IMG/VR virus record: IMGVR_UViG_3300016484_000727
Coordinates: 1-38,562 of that record
Direction: 5' to 3' (one strand)
Length of the DNA: 38,562 nucleotides
DNA from: a virus
Taxonomy: Duplodnaviria; Caudoviricetes
In this document: piece after piece, positions 7,157-17,377 of the stretch
How positions within the stretch are numbered: the first letter of the stretch is position 1
Layout of the letters: the number at the start of each line of letters is the position of its first letter
Position numbers and translations under genes: made by a program
Notes under the pieces: generated by a model
Told to the model about the DNA's origin: nothing
The model's database searches: none
What the model saw: only the letters and a program-made list of their open reading frames with translations

Positions 7157-7431
7157 TGAATATATTGGATAAGGTATTGCAGCGGCACAGATCGATGCGT
7201 GCGTGTTTTTGTAATCCTGATGGGTCGTTGACGCGCGATGGCGAACTGGTGTTGAAGTATCTGTCCGCGTATTGCCAGCCGGTTGCGGTGATCGGTAGCG
7301 ATGGGCGTGTGGATCAAGCGGCGACGATGACACGTATAGGGCGTAATGAAGTACTGAATTATATCTCGAAAGCGCTGTCGGTTGATGAAGCGCGTATCCG
7401 TAAAATAGCACAGGAAAACAACGATGACTGA
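7156..7431 (+). CDS. conserved protein between portal and scaffold (Bbp19-like)
   Basis: F...DG.LVL.YL...GRNEVL.YI pattern and synteny. Confidence 0.7.
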   Translation: MNILDKVLQRHRSMRACFCNPDGSLTRDGELVLKYLSAYCQPVAVIGSDGRVDQAATMTRIGRNEVLNYISKALSVDEARIRKIAQENNDD

Positions 7432-8209
7432 TGAAACACCCGTTACTGACACTGCCGCTCCGGCTTGGTACGCCGGTATTGAGGACGCCGAGTTGCGTGG
7501 ATATGTTGAGAACAAGGGGTGGGATAACCCTGGGCTGGCGGTACAAAACGCGCGTGAGTTGGAGAAATTGCTGGGAGTTAAGGATCAGTTGGTGAAGCTG
7601 CCAGATCCAGATGATGCCGACGGCTGGAGCACCGTATATGACCGTCTCGGTCGCCCACAGACACCTGACGAATACGGGCTGGATAAACTGGACGGGTCAG
7701 ATCCTGAGTTTGCGAAAACTGCGGCGCAGTGGATGCACGAGAACGGGTTGTCAAAGTCGCAGGCGGAGAAGATTGCGGCGCAGTGGAATGGTTATGCGGC
7801 GAAGATGCTGGAGCAGCAGAACGAAGAGGCTGCCGCCCGCGCAGCGCAAGAGATGGACTCCCTGAAAAAAGAATGGGGTGTGAATTACGAGGCGCTGATG
7901 GCTCAGGGTCGCGCAGCAGTGAACGCGTTTGGGATCGCCGCCGAGGACGTTGCCGCGATTGAGAACACGCTGGGGACAGCGAAGATGATGAAGTTGTTCC
8001 AGAGTATTGGTGCTGGGTTGGGTGAGGATAAGTTTATAAAATCAGAAGAGCGCGGTGGTGGTTTTGGCCCGATTTCGCCGGATGCAGCCCGCGCGAAAAT
8101 TGCAGACCTTACGGCTGACCGTGGTTTTATGGAAAAATACCTATCCGGAGATAGGGCTGCGGTGGAAAAAATGTCGATGTATCATAAAATGTTAAACGGG
8201 GAGGGTTGA
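7424..8209 (+). CDS. capsid scaffolding protein
   Basis: LGRP.TPDEY and LKKEWG motifs; acidic and helical; upstream of the capsid gene. Confidence 0.85.
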   Translation: MTDETPVTDTAAPAWYAGIEDAELRGYVENKGWDNPGLAVQNARELEKLLGVKDQLVKLPDPDDADGWSTVYDRLGRPQTPDEYGLDKLDGSDPEFAKTAAQWMHENGLSKSQAEKIAAQWNGYAAKMLEQQNEEAAARAAQEMDSLKKEWGVNYEALMAQGRAAVNAFGIAAEDVAAIENTLGTAKMMKLFQSIGAGLGEDKFIKSEERGGGFGPISPDAARAKIADLTADRGFMEKYLSGDRAAVEKMSMYHKMLNGEG

Positions 8210-8436
8210 CTTTGTCAGCGAATAGGGAGAATATCCGCTTAGAGCTGGTAAAGTTGTGTCACAAACCAACCCAGGCATCGCACGAAGACGCGTTGGGTTG
8301 GGCTAGAGAATACGAGAAATACGTATTTGGTGACACGCTTGATGTTGAAGCGCCTAGGCGGCGCGGTTGGCCGAAATCGGGTAGCGGGGATCAGCAGGCC
8401 CTGTCCGATGACACTGAGGAAAGTCTCGGCGAGTGA
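8206..8436 (+). CDS. hypothetical protein
   Basis: TTG start overlapping the scaffold stop with GGAGG upstream; IRLELVKL...WAREYEKYV. Confidence 0.6.
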   Translation: MTLSANRENIRLELVKLCHKPTQASHEDALGWAREYEKYVFGDTLDVEAPRRRGWPKSGSGDQQALSDDTEESLGE

Positions 8437-8538
8437 CGCGCGTAGCGTAAGTGTGGTTCCGGTGTTCCGGGTAGACCTCGCGGATAAAAAGATGACCGCA
8501 CGAGCGGTATTTTCTCAACAATCCGAGAGGGATACACT

Positions 8539-9426
8539 ATGTCTAACAACGTGCCACAGCACTATGAAACGCAATTCACCACAAACATTGAGTTGCTCCA
8601 GCAGAAAAAGGGTTCTGTCCTCCTGCCTTACCTCCGTAAGGTTCCTGGTGGTGGTCAGAATATGGCGGTAATTGACCAGGTTGGTTCAGTTGCGGCTCGT
8701 GAAGTTACAACCCGTTACGCGGCGATCACGCCTGAGGACGTGCCAGTTGACCGCCGGTGGGTCGCACCGAAGACGTACGACTGGGCAACTTATGTCGATA
8801 CGTTTGATAAGCTGAAATTGCTGATCGATCCCACATCGATTTATGCCGAAGCCGCCGCAATGGCTATGGGCCGTCAAATCGATACCAACATCACGACTGC
8901 GTTTTTCGCGTCAGCTAAAACCGGGGTCGATGGTACCACGACCACGTCGTTCTCGTCCGGTCAGCAAGTCGCCGTCAATACAGGTTCGTCATCCGCTACC
9001 GTGTTGAATATGGCGAAGGTCCGCGCCGCCGAGAAACTGTTCTTGTCCAACCACTACACCCCAGCCGACGAACTCATCATGGTTGTCGATGGCGTGCAGA
9101 TGGCAAATATGAAGGGCGAGTACGAGGCCACAGATGCGACAAACAAGGTTTCGGCCATGTTTGACAGTAATGGTATGATCACCCAGATCGGCATCTTCAA
9201 GGTTATCCTCTGCAACAGCTTGCCGTTGGATGGAAGCAGCTACACCCGTATTCCTGTATTCGCCAAAAATGCCATGGCATATGCAGAGTGGATGGGTGTG
9301 TCGGCCAAGGTCACTCAGCGTACAGACCTGCGTGGTCAGCCATATCAGATCTACACTGACATGGTGGGTAACGCGACCCGTACCCAAGAGGTCGGCGTTG
9401 TTGAGATTAAATGCGTCAATAGCTAA
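8539..9426 (+). CDS. major capsid protein
   Basis: 295 aa; F..N.ELL.Q.K.S.L, RRWV, D.FDKLK.LIDPTS.Y, AMGR.ID motifs; GAGGGA RBS. Confidence 0.9.
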   Translation: MSNNVPQHYETQFTTNIELLQQKKGSVLLPYLRKVPGGGQNMAVIDQVGSVAAREVTTRYAAITPEDVPVDRRWVAPKTYDWATYVDTFDKLKLLIDPTSIYAEAAAMAMGRQIDTNITTAFFASAKTGVDGTTTTSFSSGQQVAVNTGSSSATVLNMAKVRAAEKLFLSNHYTPADELIMVVDGVQMANMKGEYEATDATNKVSAMFDSNGMITQIGIFKVILCNSLPLDGSSYTRIPVFAKNAMAYAEWMGVSAKVTQRTDLRGQPYQIYTDMVGNATRTQEVGVVEIKCVNS

Positions 9427-9437
9427 GGAGAGCTGAT

Positions 9438-9938
9438 ATGGCTGTAGTAAATACTAAATCGACATTCATCACGAATGCTGATGCCACCCCACAAGTCCCA
9501 ACGCGGGCGTCAATTGGGGCGGGTAAACTGATGTGCGCCGTTGGTACTGTTGAGATTGCCGCAGCAGACGATGACACGTCCGTTTATCGTTTTGTTCGTG
9601 TACCATCAAACGCTGTGATCACATCGATCAAGGTGTTCTGTGACGCGATCACATCAGGCACTAGCTTTGATTGTGGCCTGTACCGCACAGCGAATGATGG
9701 TGGGGCCGTGGTTGACGCGGACGCATATGCATCGGCTGTATCGCTGGCGTCTGCAATCACGACAGGTACTGAAATCAGGTTTGAGGCCGCCGACATCGCA
9801 AACATCGAAAAACGGGTGTGGGAAGATGCAGCTGCAACGGCTGACACAAAGTATGACTACGACATCTGCTTGACAGCGAACACGGTCGGCTCTGCGGCTG
9901 GCACTGTTTCTCTCCAAGTTGTGTACATGGTTGCTTAG
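9438..9938 (+). CDS. putative capsid decoration/cement protein
   Basis: Beta-rich, Ala/Thr-rich 166 aa directly after the capsid gene; strong AAGGAG RBS. Confidence 0.7.
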   Translation: MAVVNTKSTFITNADATPQVPTRASIGAGKLMCAVGTVEIAAADDDTSVYRFVRVPSNAVITSIKVFCDAITSGTSFDCGLYRTANDGGAVVDADAYASAVSLASAITTGTEIRFEAADIANIEKRVWEDAAATADTKYDYDICLTANTVGSAAGTVSLQVVYMVA

Positions 9939-9945
9939 TGTTAAT

Positions 9946-9975
9946 GTGGGGGAGCTTCGGTTCCCCCACTTCCTT
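9946..9975 (+). terminator. UUCG hairpin after the capsid genes (terminator or stability element)
   Basis: GTGGGGGAGC-TTCG-GTTCCCCCAC followed by a weak TTCCTT tail. Confidence 0.7.
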
Positions 9976-9988
9976 ACTGGAGGTTTAG

Positions 9989-10183
9989 ATGGCGAGTTAT
10001 TTCTTTGGTGCCAACATCGGCGCTCAAAATGTGACGGATGTTACGGCGCAAGCAACCACGCCTAGTAAGGGTGTGGAAGTTCAAATCGTTTACACGGCGA
10101 CAAACGCGTCAAAGCGTGACGTACTGACGGCATTGGATGCGATTAGAACTAAGATCATTCAGACTGGGTTCCCTCCTGCTTAA
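9989..10183 (+). CDS. small virion-associated protein
   Basis: 64 aa; GGAGG RBS; structural operon. Confidence 0.7.
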   Translation: MASYFFGANIGAQNVTDVTAQATTPSKGVEVQIVYTATNASKRDVLTALDAIRTKIIQTGFPPA

Positions 10184-10195
10184 AAGGTATCTTAG

Positions 10196-10489
10196 ATGGA
10201 CGCCACACAATCAGTGTTTTTGATAAACAATGGATCTGCCACATCCAGTGCTGCAATCTGGTATGGCGGAGCGGGCGTGTTTTCGGTTGTTGGCACGTTC
10301 TCTGGTGCCACGATCAAGCTCCAGTTTTTGGGCGGGGACAACACAACGTGGATTGACGTTGGTGTAGACACGACACTGACTGCGGCTGGGGCTGGGGGGT
10401 TCATCTTACCTCAGGCGCAGATCCGCGCAGTTGTCACTGGTGGCCCACCTAGCGGTATCTATGCTGTAGCTGCGAGTATCCCAGAATGA
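10196..10489 (+). CDS. small beta-rich virion protein
   Basis: GTFSGATIKLQ...W.DV motif; structural operon. Confidence 0.7.
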   Translation: MDATQSVFLINNGSATSSAAIWYGGAGVFSVVGTFSGATIKLQFLGGDNTTWIDVGVDTTLTAAGAGGFILPQAQIRAVVTGGPPSGIYAVAASIPE

Positions 10490-10935
10490 ACCTGACATTC
10501 CCACTTGGTCGCGCGGTTTACAAGACAGTTGATTCTGTTGGACCTGGAACAGTGTCGTGGTCTGGCGGTACTGCCCCGAGCGGAACCACTACAATGACCT
10601 GTAAAGCCCAGTACGTGGGTAATGGGTTTATGCAGGTTGAGCTTAAGATATGGTACGCTACGGCTGGCGTAAGCAATACTGGTGTGGGTTTTGATTGGCC
10701 AGCAGATCTGCCATCCCCAGCGTACATGTCGGGCATTACTGGATCGCAGGCCATCGCTGGCATGGGGTCGGCCTGGATACACACTGTCACGGCCTATGGT
10801 GGAGCCAACCCTACTCGTTGTGAAGTCGTGATTAAGCGTAACGGCCCGGACGCTGCGTGGGGCGGAAACCTAGGGGCATTCTCGGCGATCAACGCTAAAT
10901 ACGTTATTGTCCAAATGCTTGTCCAGATCGCGTAA
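10486..10935 (+). CDS. putative head-fibre or receptor-binding-like beta protein
   Basis: 149 aa; Gly/Thr-rich; ATGA-coupled to the upstream gene. Confidence 0.55.
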   Translation: MNLTFPLGRAVYKTVDSVGPGTVSWSGGTAPSGTTTMTCKAQYVGNGFMQVELKIWYATAGVSNTGVGFDWPADLPSPAYMSGITGSQAIAGMGSAWIHTVTAYGGANPTRCEVVIKRNGPDAAWGGNLGAFSAINAKYVIVQMLVQIA

Positions 10936-10945
10936 GGGGTGAAAA

Positions 10946-11149
10946 ATGGCTTACATCCGCCAAAAAAACAGCGTGCCAGGCGATTGCCAGATTGTGGTTC
11001 TGGTTGAGGGCTTTGATGGACCTGTGGTTACAGGGTCTATGGCGGCATTGAAAAAACATCCTGCCATGACTGGCGATTACAAAGACCATTTTGAGGTTGT
11101 TAACGGGGATGTTCCAGAGGGTGTGGCCTATCTAAAGCATGAGGTGTAG
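10946..11149 (+). CDS. hypothetical protein
   Basis: 67 aa; AAGGGG RBS. Confidence 0.6.
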   Translation: MAYIRQKNSVPGDCQIVVLVEGFDGPVVTGSMAALKKHPAMTGDYKDHFEVVNGDVPEGVAYLKHEV

Positions 11150-11151
11150 AA

Positions 11152-11751
11152 TTGACCTCAGTCACTGCCATCTGCAACCGCGCCCTTACAAAGCTAGGTG
11201 ACTCTCGCATCCTTGATATAACGGATGATAACAAGCAGGCTCGCACGATGAACAGTATGTTCACAATTGTGCGTGATGCTGAGCTTCGTGCTCGCGTGTG
11301 GAACTTCTCAAAGGCCCGAGTGTCGCTAGCTGCTGACGTTGACACCCCTGCATGGGGATATGATTACCAGTATTCGTTGCCGTCCGATTGCTTAAGGGTG
11401 TTGCAGGTGGGGCAGTACTATCCAGCGGCCAGCTTGACGGATTATGTGACCGGAGATGAAAGGCCGTACTCGATAGAGGGCGGAAAGATACTCATAAATG
11501 ATGACGGGCCACTGGACATCTTATACGTATCATCAGTCTCTGACGTGTCGCTGTGGGATTCGTGCTTTTGCGAGGTTATGGCTGCAAAGTTGGCGATGGA
11601 GGCGTGCGAGACGCTCACACAATCCAACACAAAGCGCCAGTTGGCGGAGCGTGAGTACATAGCGGCTGTCACGGCGGCAATTCGCTCAAATGCGCTCGAG
11701 GTTCTCCCTGTGCAGTTTAACGAAACATCTTGGGTTATGTCGAGGTTGTAG
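11152..11751 (+). CDS. tail tubular protein A / head-tail adaptor
   Basis: ICNRAL..LG...I, WNF, Y.LPSDCLRV motifs of the T7 gp11-like family. Confidence 0.88.
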   Translation: MTSVTAICNRALTKLGDSRILDITDDNKQARTMNSMFTIVRDAELRARVWNFSKARVSLAADVDTPAWGYDYQYSLPSDCLRVLQVGQYYPAASLTDYVTGDERPYSIEGGKILINDDGPLDILYVSSVSDVSLWDSCFCEVMAAKLAMEACETLTQSNTKRQLAEREYIAAVTAAIRSNALEVLPVQFNETSWVMSRL

Positions 11752-13967
11752 TGCCAAAAGCATCATGGGGGCAATTCTCGTTTAACGCTGGTCAGTTCGG
11801 CCGGTACATGCCTGGCCGCGCGGATTACGAAAAATACAATTCTGGATGTAAGCGGCTGGAGAATGCCATCCCAGTAAAACAAGGTCCGGCAAAAAAGCGT
11901 CCGGGAACATATTTTGTCCATGAGGTCAAGGACAGCACGGACGGCGCGTGGCTTCTGCCGTTTGTGTATTCCGCTGGTACGTCATACGTACTGGAGTTCG
12001 GAGATTTGTACGTTCGGTTTTATACCGATCACGGGATCGTAGAATCATCGCCAGGCGTGCCATACGAGGTTGTAACACCTTATGCTGTGGCTGACTTGAC
12101 AAATTCCGACGGAACATTGGCGCTTGATATCACCCAGTCCGGTGACGTTTTGTATATTTGCTGCCCTGGGTACCAACCGCAGAAATTAACCAGAACATCC
12201 AGCACATCATGGGCCATTACTGATTACGTCCCATACGGTGGTCCATTTGAGGATATTGACCCGGACCAGACCGTAACAGTTTATGCCAGCGCTGCGACTG
12301 GGGCGGTAACCTTAACCGCGTCATCCTCTACATTTGTGGCCGGAGATGTTGGTTCTCTATTCCTGCTGGAATCTAAAGATACGGAGACAGTAAAGGCTTG
12401 GGAGCCTGGAAAGAGCATATCAACCGGAGATTTAAGGCGGTACGGGTACAATGTGTACGAGGCTCTCAACACGAAAAGCACCGGGACTATCGCCCCTATT
12501 CACACGCGTGGCGCTCGGTACGATGGGCATGACGGCGTGCAATGGGAATATAGGCATAGTGGGTATGGATGGGTTCTCATTACGGGATACACATCTGGTA
12601 CGTCTGTTAGTGCTACCGTTGTTTCCAGAATACCATCAGACGCAGTGGGATCTGGTAATGCTACGACGCGATGGGCGAAATCGGCTTGGTCTGACGTTAA
12701 TGGATGGCCTACGCACGTCACATTTTACAAAGAGCGCCTAACATTTGCCCGTGATGCAAACTTGTGGTTTTCGGTTGTGAGTGATTTTGAGAACTTCTCC
12801 AGCCGTGACGCGGGCCAGATCACGCCAGATATGGCTATCAGCATCACGATCCAGTCTGATGTGACTAACTCTGTGAAGTGGATGGCACCGTCTGATGTCC
12901 TTATGGTTGGCACTGATGGAGGTGAACATGTTATTCGCCAGATTTCCACGTCGTCAGCTTTTGCGCCTGGGAACGTACAAGCCTCACCTGCGCCAGTTTC
13001 TTATGGTGGCAGGCATGTCACACCCGTTCGCGGCAACGGAGGTGTCGTGTATGCTCAGCGCACCGGCAAAAAGTTTAGAGAGTTAAAATACTCATTTGAA
13101 ACGGATGGGTATAAATCCACAGACCTTAACATGCTGGCAGACAATCTTGCAGATGGACAGATTGTTCAGGCTGCGTACCAACAAGATCCTGACACGGTTA
13201 TATGGGCGTGCCTTGAAAATGGCGACCTTGTCGGGATGACTTACGACAGCGATGAGAGTGTCGTTGGTTGGCATAGGCATCCTTTATGGTCGGGTGACGC
13301 AACCGTGGAGTCTGTTTGTGTTGTTCCAGATCCTGATGGTGGGCACGATGAGCTTTGGATGGTTCAGAGGTTCGCGGTGGATGGTTCAACCAAGCGGTAC
13401 GTTTGTTACATGGCTAAGTCTTGGTACGAAGACGATGGCGTAGAAGCTGCGTTCTTCGTTGATTGCGGCTTGAGCTATAGCGGCTCAGCCGTCTCCACAG
13501 TTTCCGGGCTGGATCATTTAGAGGGTGTCACGGTGGCTGTGTTGGCAGACGGCTCGACGCACCCGGATTGCGTGGTCACGAGTGGAGCTATAACTTTGAA
13601 CAGGTCTGCCTCTGACATTCACGTCGGTCTTCCGTATCGCTACTTACTGGAGACTATGAACGTCGAAGCCGGGTCATCCAATGGTGTTGCCCAATCCAAG
13701 ACTAAACGCGCAGACCGCGTGTCGGTTAGGCTGATTGAAACCGTAGGGATGAAGGCTGGCCCAGATGAAAATAATCTGGATGAGGTCACATTTAGAGCCG
13801 CATCAGTGCCAATGAATAGCCCCGTTCCACCATTCACTGGCGATAAAACAATGGCTTGGCCGGGCGGGTACGACACCGACGGCCGATTTGTTATTGTGCA
13901 TGATACACCACTTCCTATAACTGTAGCGGCTATCTTCGCTCACGTGGATACGCAGGACCGGCTATGA
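11751..13967 (+). CDS. tail tubular protein B (nozzle)
   Basis: SFNAGQ, GPAKKRPGT, LEFGDLYVRFY, WP..VTFYKERL, GWHRH, GLDHLEG motifs; start moved to GTG 11751. Confidence 0.9.
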   Translation: MPKASWGQFSFNAGQFGRYMPGRADYEKYNSGCKRLENAIPVKQGPAKKRPGTYFVHEVKDSTDGAWLLPFVYSAGTSYVLEFGDLYVRFYTDHGIVESSPGVPYEVVTPYAVADLTNSDGTLALDITQSGDVLYICCPGYQPQKLTRTSSTSWAITDYVPYGGPFEDIDPDQTVTVYASAATGAVTLTASSSTFVAGDVGSLFLLESKDTETVKAWEPGKSISTGDLRRYGYNVYEALNTKSTGTIAPIHTRGARYDGHDGVQWEYRHSGYGWVLITGYTSGTSVSATVVSRIPSDAVGSGNATTRWAKSAWSDVNGWPTHVTFYKERLTFARDANLWFSVVSDFENFSSRDAGQITPDMAISITIQSDVTNSVKWMAPSDVLMVGTDGGEHVIRQISTSSAFAPGNVQASPAPVSYGGRHVTPVRGNGGVVYAQRTGKKFRELKYSFETDGYKSTDLNMLADNLADGQIVQAAYQQDPDTVIWACLENGDLVGMTYDSDESVVGWHRHPLWSGDATVESVCVVPDPDGGHDELWMVQRFAVDGSTKRYVCYMAKSWYEDDGVEAAFFVDCGLSYSGSAVSTVSGLDHLEGVTVAVLADGSTHPDCVVTSGAITLNRSASDIHVGLPYRYLLETMNVEAGSSNGVAQSKTKRADRVSVRLIETVGMKAGPDENNLDEVTFRAASVPMNSPVPPFTGDKTMAWPGGYDTDGRFVIVHDTPLPITVAAIFAHVDTQDRL

Positions 13968-14389
13968 TAATTGTTCCGTTTGTGGCGGCGCACATTCACT
14001 ATGTTGATCCACAGCCGGAGCAAAAAAACTTTTTGCAAAACATGACCAGAGAGTACGCTGAATCATTACAGGGGGTATACGCATACTCTGCCATCACAAA
14101 TGATGGCGTGGTTGCGTGTGCTGGTATACAAGAAATATGGGATGGACGCGGACTTGCGTGGTCTATATTGGGCAACACTTCTGGCCGGAACATGGCCCGT
14201 ATTCACAGAGCTGTTCTCCGTGCGCTCAATATATGCCCATACAAACGTGTTGAAATGTATGTTAACTCTACATTTAGTGATGGATGTAGGTGGGCTGATA
14301 TGTTAGGATTCGAGCGGGAAGGGCTTATGCGGTCATTTTTCCCAAGTGGGCTGGATGCTTATCTGTACGCGCGGGTGAAGAATGGCTGA
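13964..14389 (+). CDS. GNAT-fold internal virion/assembly protein (T7 gp13-like)
   Basis: RWADMLGFEREG motif; follows tail tube B. Confidence 0.75.
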   Translation: MIIVPFVAAHIHYVDPQPEQKNFLQNMTREYAESLQGVYAYSAITNDGVVACAGIQEIWDGRGLAWSILGNTSGRNMARIHRAVLRALNICPYKRVEMYVNSTFSDGCRWADMLGFEREGLMRSFFPSGLDAYLYARVKNG

Positions 14390-14918
14390 TCCTGTAACGA
14401 TGGCTGTGATTGCGGCTGCTGGCACACTTATGCAAGGTGTGAGCGCGTACTCGCAGGCAAAATCCGAACAGGCTGTTGCCAAGCAAAACGCAAACATTGC
14501 ACAACAACAATACATGGCGGATGAGCAGCGCCAGCGCCGCCAATCGCGCTGGGATTTGGGCGAGCAGTTTGCCGCGATGTCCGAATCCGGTACTGGGTTG
14601 AGCGGTTCAAATTTCGATCTCATGAATATGTCAGCCACGAATGCAGAGCTTGATGCACTGAACATTAGATACAGTGGGATTATGGACACTGAAAACTACA
14701 AGTACCAAGCACGCGCAGCTGGATCTCGCGCTACTGGCGCCTTGATCGGCACGGCGATTGGCGTGGCGAAGAATTTGTCCGGTATCCCCAAGTCCACCCC
14801 GAATAAAAACCCAGGGACTGTGGCGCTCACGCGACCCACTTATGCTGTTCCGAACTATCGTGGGTATACCCCAGCTGGCTCTATTCGCCCCATTGGCGTT
14901 CGCGCAGGGATGTCCTGA
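14382..14918 (+). CDS. internal virion (ejection) protein, gp14-like
   Basis: MADPVTMAVIAAAG start; Gln/Ala coiled coil; A.SG..LSGS motif. Confidence 0.8.
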   Translation: MADPVTMAVIAAAGTLMQGVSAYSQAKSEQAVAKQNANIAQQQYMADEQRQRRQSRWDLGEQFAAMSESGTGLSGSNFDLMNMSATNAELDALNIRYSGIMDTENYKYQARAAGSRATGALIGTAIGVAKNLSGIPKSTPNKNPGTVALTRPTYAVPNYRGYTPAGSIRPIGVRAGMS

Positions 14919-17377
14919 TGGCCCGTATTCCGATCATCCAGCAACAGACATCGCCACGTGGCGGAGGTATCGTAGCCCCGCAGCCGGGTGGGCTCGAAAC
15001 TGTAGTTAAAGCAATCGGTGGCGTGGTTGGTGACATCACTGCTAGGCAGGAGCAACGCTCGGCTGAAAACCGCTCGCTATGGTTGGCACAAAAATCCGCC
15101 GACGCCCAGCTTCGCGCTCAGCAGTGGGCTATTGAGTCTCGTCAAAGTGTGACTGGTCTGGCAGACGACCACCCGGATGCGGCTGCAAAGTTTAGTGACG
15201 AGCTTATCCAGTCGTTTTCTGATGAAGCACCGGACGAGGAAACCCGCAAGGCACTAGCTTTATGGGCTCCGAAGTTCAAGGCTGGTATTGTATCTGATGA
15301 GATCAACTGGGCTGCTCAAAGGAATGTCGCGTACAAATCCGCAGTCATGGACGACACGCTGTCCAAATATGAGACGCTTGTCACCAATGATCCCAGCAAA
15401 CTCGGCTCAGTCCTCGATGAAATGGATGCGTTTATTGCGTCGTCTGGGACGCCGGATTATTCACAATTAGAGATCCGCCGTAAGGGTCGTGAGCGACTAA
15501 TAGAAGTCGCCGCACGTTCCGGCATGTCGTCCGCTGTTATGCCCGCTGCTGCGGCGGGTATTATTAAAGTGAGTGGAAAGGGATCAACCCCACCCCCTGT
15601 TAAAGGGGTATTGGCAGATCCTGCCTTACAGGAATACGCGCGGTCAGTTTACAAACAGTACGGCATCGATGAAAACATCGCTATTGCTCAACTCATGGCT
15701 GAAAGCGGCGGGGACCCCAAGGCGTTCCGTCGAGAGCCTAATGGGGTAACATCGGCTGGGCTAGCGCAATTCACAGAGGCGACGGCAAAACGTTACGGAT
15801 TAACAGACCGTAATGACCCTCGCCAATCGATTAAGGCCCAAGCTGCGTATATGGCAGACTTGCTGAAAGATTTTAGGGGCGACTATGAGAAAGCTATTGC
15901 GGCTTATAATGCTGGCCCTGGTAGCGTTCAGAAAGCTGAGGCCGCAGCAGCCAAATCGGGGAAAACCTGGAAAGACCACTTCTCTCCGGCTATGAAAAAA
16001 TACACAGCTCCGTATCTGAGTAAAATTCTGTCATCATCAGGGTATGCCGTTGGAGGCCAAGCTGTCACTATCACTGGCTCTACGCCGCCTCAAATCGCGG
16101 CATTGCTGCCAGAACTCTCTTTAGAGGCACGGTCGCGGATTGAGAGTGAGTGGGATAGACAGGTTAAGGCTGGGCAGTCAAATCTGAAAAATCAGATTGA
16201 ACTTGGCTTCAATGACGATCTTGCCCAAATGAAATCCGGGCTCCCACCGACAAATGCATATTCTGTTGACACATTGGCCGCTGCTGGGTTTTCTCAAGAT
16301 AAAATTATTGAGTACCAAGCGCTGCGGGAAATTGGCGTCCCCGCTTCTCAGGCGGCAAAAAAAATGACGGTTGCAGAATTGGCAGCACTGACGACCGGCG
16401 ATGTTGCCGCTGGGCCTGCTTTTGAGGCGCGGTCATTGGCGGCAAAAACTTATGCGGCGGCAGCGGATGCTGAATTGAAATCCCGCAAAGACGACCCCAT
16501 CGCTCATCGCCAAAGTGTCGGTGAGCAACTCGGCGGGGACCTTACGCCAACAATCACCGGTTTGATGTCATCTGGTGACGTGACAGGATCGGCTTCGACT
16601 ATTGGTCGCGTTATGTCCGCCCGGACTGTACGGGCTGGGGAAATGGCGACTAAGTATGGGTATTCTTATAACCCGTTGACAAAGTCAGAGGCGGAAGCCA
16701 CGGCCAGAATGTACAAAGGAATGACATCTGGTGATAAGGTGAAATTCCTTGGCGTCATGGCGGCATCTATCAAGCACCCGCAATCGTACTCCGCTTTTAT
16801 TGAACAAGTAGCAGGAAAAGATTCAGCCGACGGGATGGCTGGGTTGTACTTTTACAGCGCGACCAAGAGTGGATTACCGTCGCGTGTGGCTGTCGATGGA
16901 GCGTCATATATCCTAAAGGCTTCGGAGGCTGAGAAAACAGGGGCGATACAATCGCTGAACCTGCCGTCGCCTAAAGAAATGGCTGACGACTTCTCACGCC
17001 GTGTGGGTAATTCACTTGATATGGCAGATCCACGCATTCGTGCGTCGATGTTTAATGCCTACAGTGCAATCTATCGTGGTATTCGTGTGGATGGCGAAAT
17101 CAATGACGGCAAAGCTACCGATGTCGCGTTCGCACATGCAGCGGGCGCTGAGCGAGGTAAAGTGTTTGGTCACGACTTTCTGGTTCCATCTGGAAAAAAA
17201 GCCCACGACGTTGAGGTTATGTTTTCTAACCAATTCCGTGCGGCGACAGGTCAAGCCCTTTTGGCCGGGCACCGCTTTGCTCCAACTATTGATGGTGGGT
17301 ATGTCGTCGTAGACCCTCAGCGGTTCCCGGTGCTGGACAAGAAAACCCGTAGACCTGTGGTGTTGAGGGTAAAATGA
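14918..17377 (+). CDS. internal virion protein with an SLT lytic transglycosylase domain
   Basis: AES.GDP.A, GLAQF...TA..YG and AIAAYNAGPG motifs. Confidence 0.88.
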   Translation: MARIPIIQQQTSPRGGGIVAPQPGGLETVVKAIGGVVGDITARQEQRSAENRSLWLAQKSADAQLRAQQWAIESRQSVTGLADDHPDAAAKFSDELIQSFSDEAPDEETRKALALWAPKFKAGIVSDEINWAAQRNVAYKSAVMDDTLSKYETLVTNDPSKLGSVLDEMDAFIASSGTPDYSQLEIRRKGRERLIEVAARSGMSSAVMPAAAAGIIKVSGKGSTPPPVKGVLADPALQEYARSVYKQYGIDENIAIAQLMAESGGDPKAFRREPNGVTSAGLAQFTEATAKRYGLTDRNDPRQSIKAQAAYMADLLKDFRGDYEKAIAAYNAGPGSVQKAEAAAAKSGKTWKDHFSPAMKKYTAPYLSKILSSSGYAVGGQAVTITGSTPPQIAALLPELSLEARSRIESEWDRQVKAGQSNLKNQIELGFNDDLAQMKSGLPPTNAYSVDTLAAAGFSQDKIIEYQALREIGVPASQAAKKMTVAELAALTTGDVAAGPAFEARSLAAKTYAAAADAELKSRKDDPIAHRQSVGEQLGGDLTPTITGLMSSGDVTGSASTIGRVMSARTVRAGEMATKYGYSYNPLTKSEAEATARMYKGMTSGDKVKFLGVMAASIKHPQSYSAFIEQVAGKDSADGMAGLYFYSATKSGLPSRVAVDGASYILKASEAEKTGAIQSLNLPSPKEMADDFSRRVGNSLDMADPRIRASMFNAYSAIYRGIRVDGEINDGKATDVAFAHAAGAERGKVFGHDFLVPSGKKAHDVEVMFSNQFRAATGQALLAGHRFAPTIDGGYVVVDPQRFPVLDKKTRRPVVLRVK

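Noticed and set aside
4338-7546. Long antisense ORFs over terL and portal (4338-4841, 4838-5203, 5349-5834, 5615-6400, 6922-7515)
   Set aside because: These are His/Pro/Thr/Arg-rich shadows of the G/T-skewed sense genes. Unlike 3096-3794, I found no domain motif or expression signals for them.
9405-9440. Programmed frameshift or readthrough extending the capsid protein
   Set aside because: No slippery sequence precedes the TAA, and the next gene has its own strong RBS.
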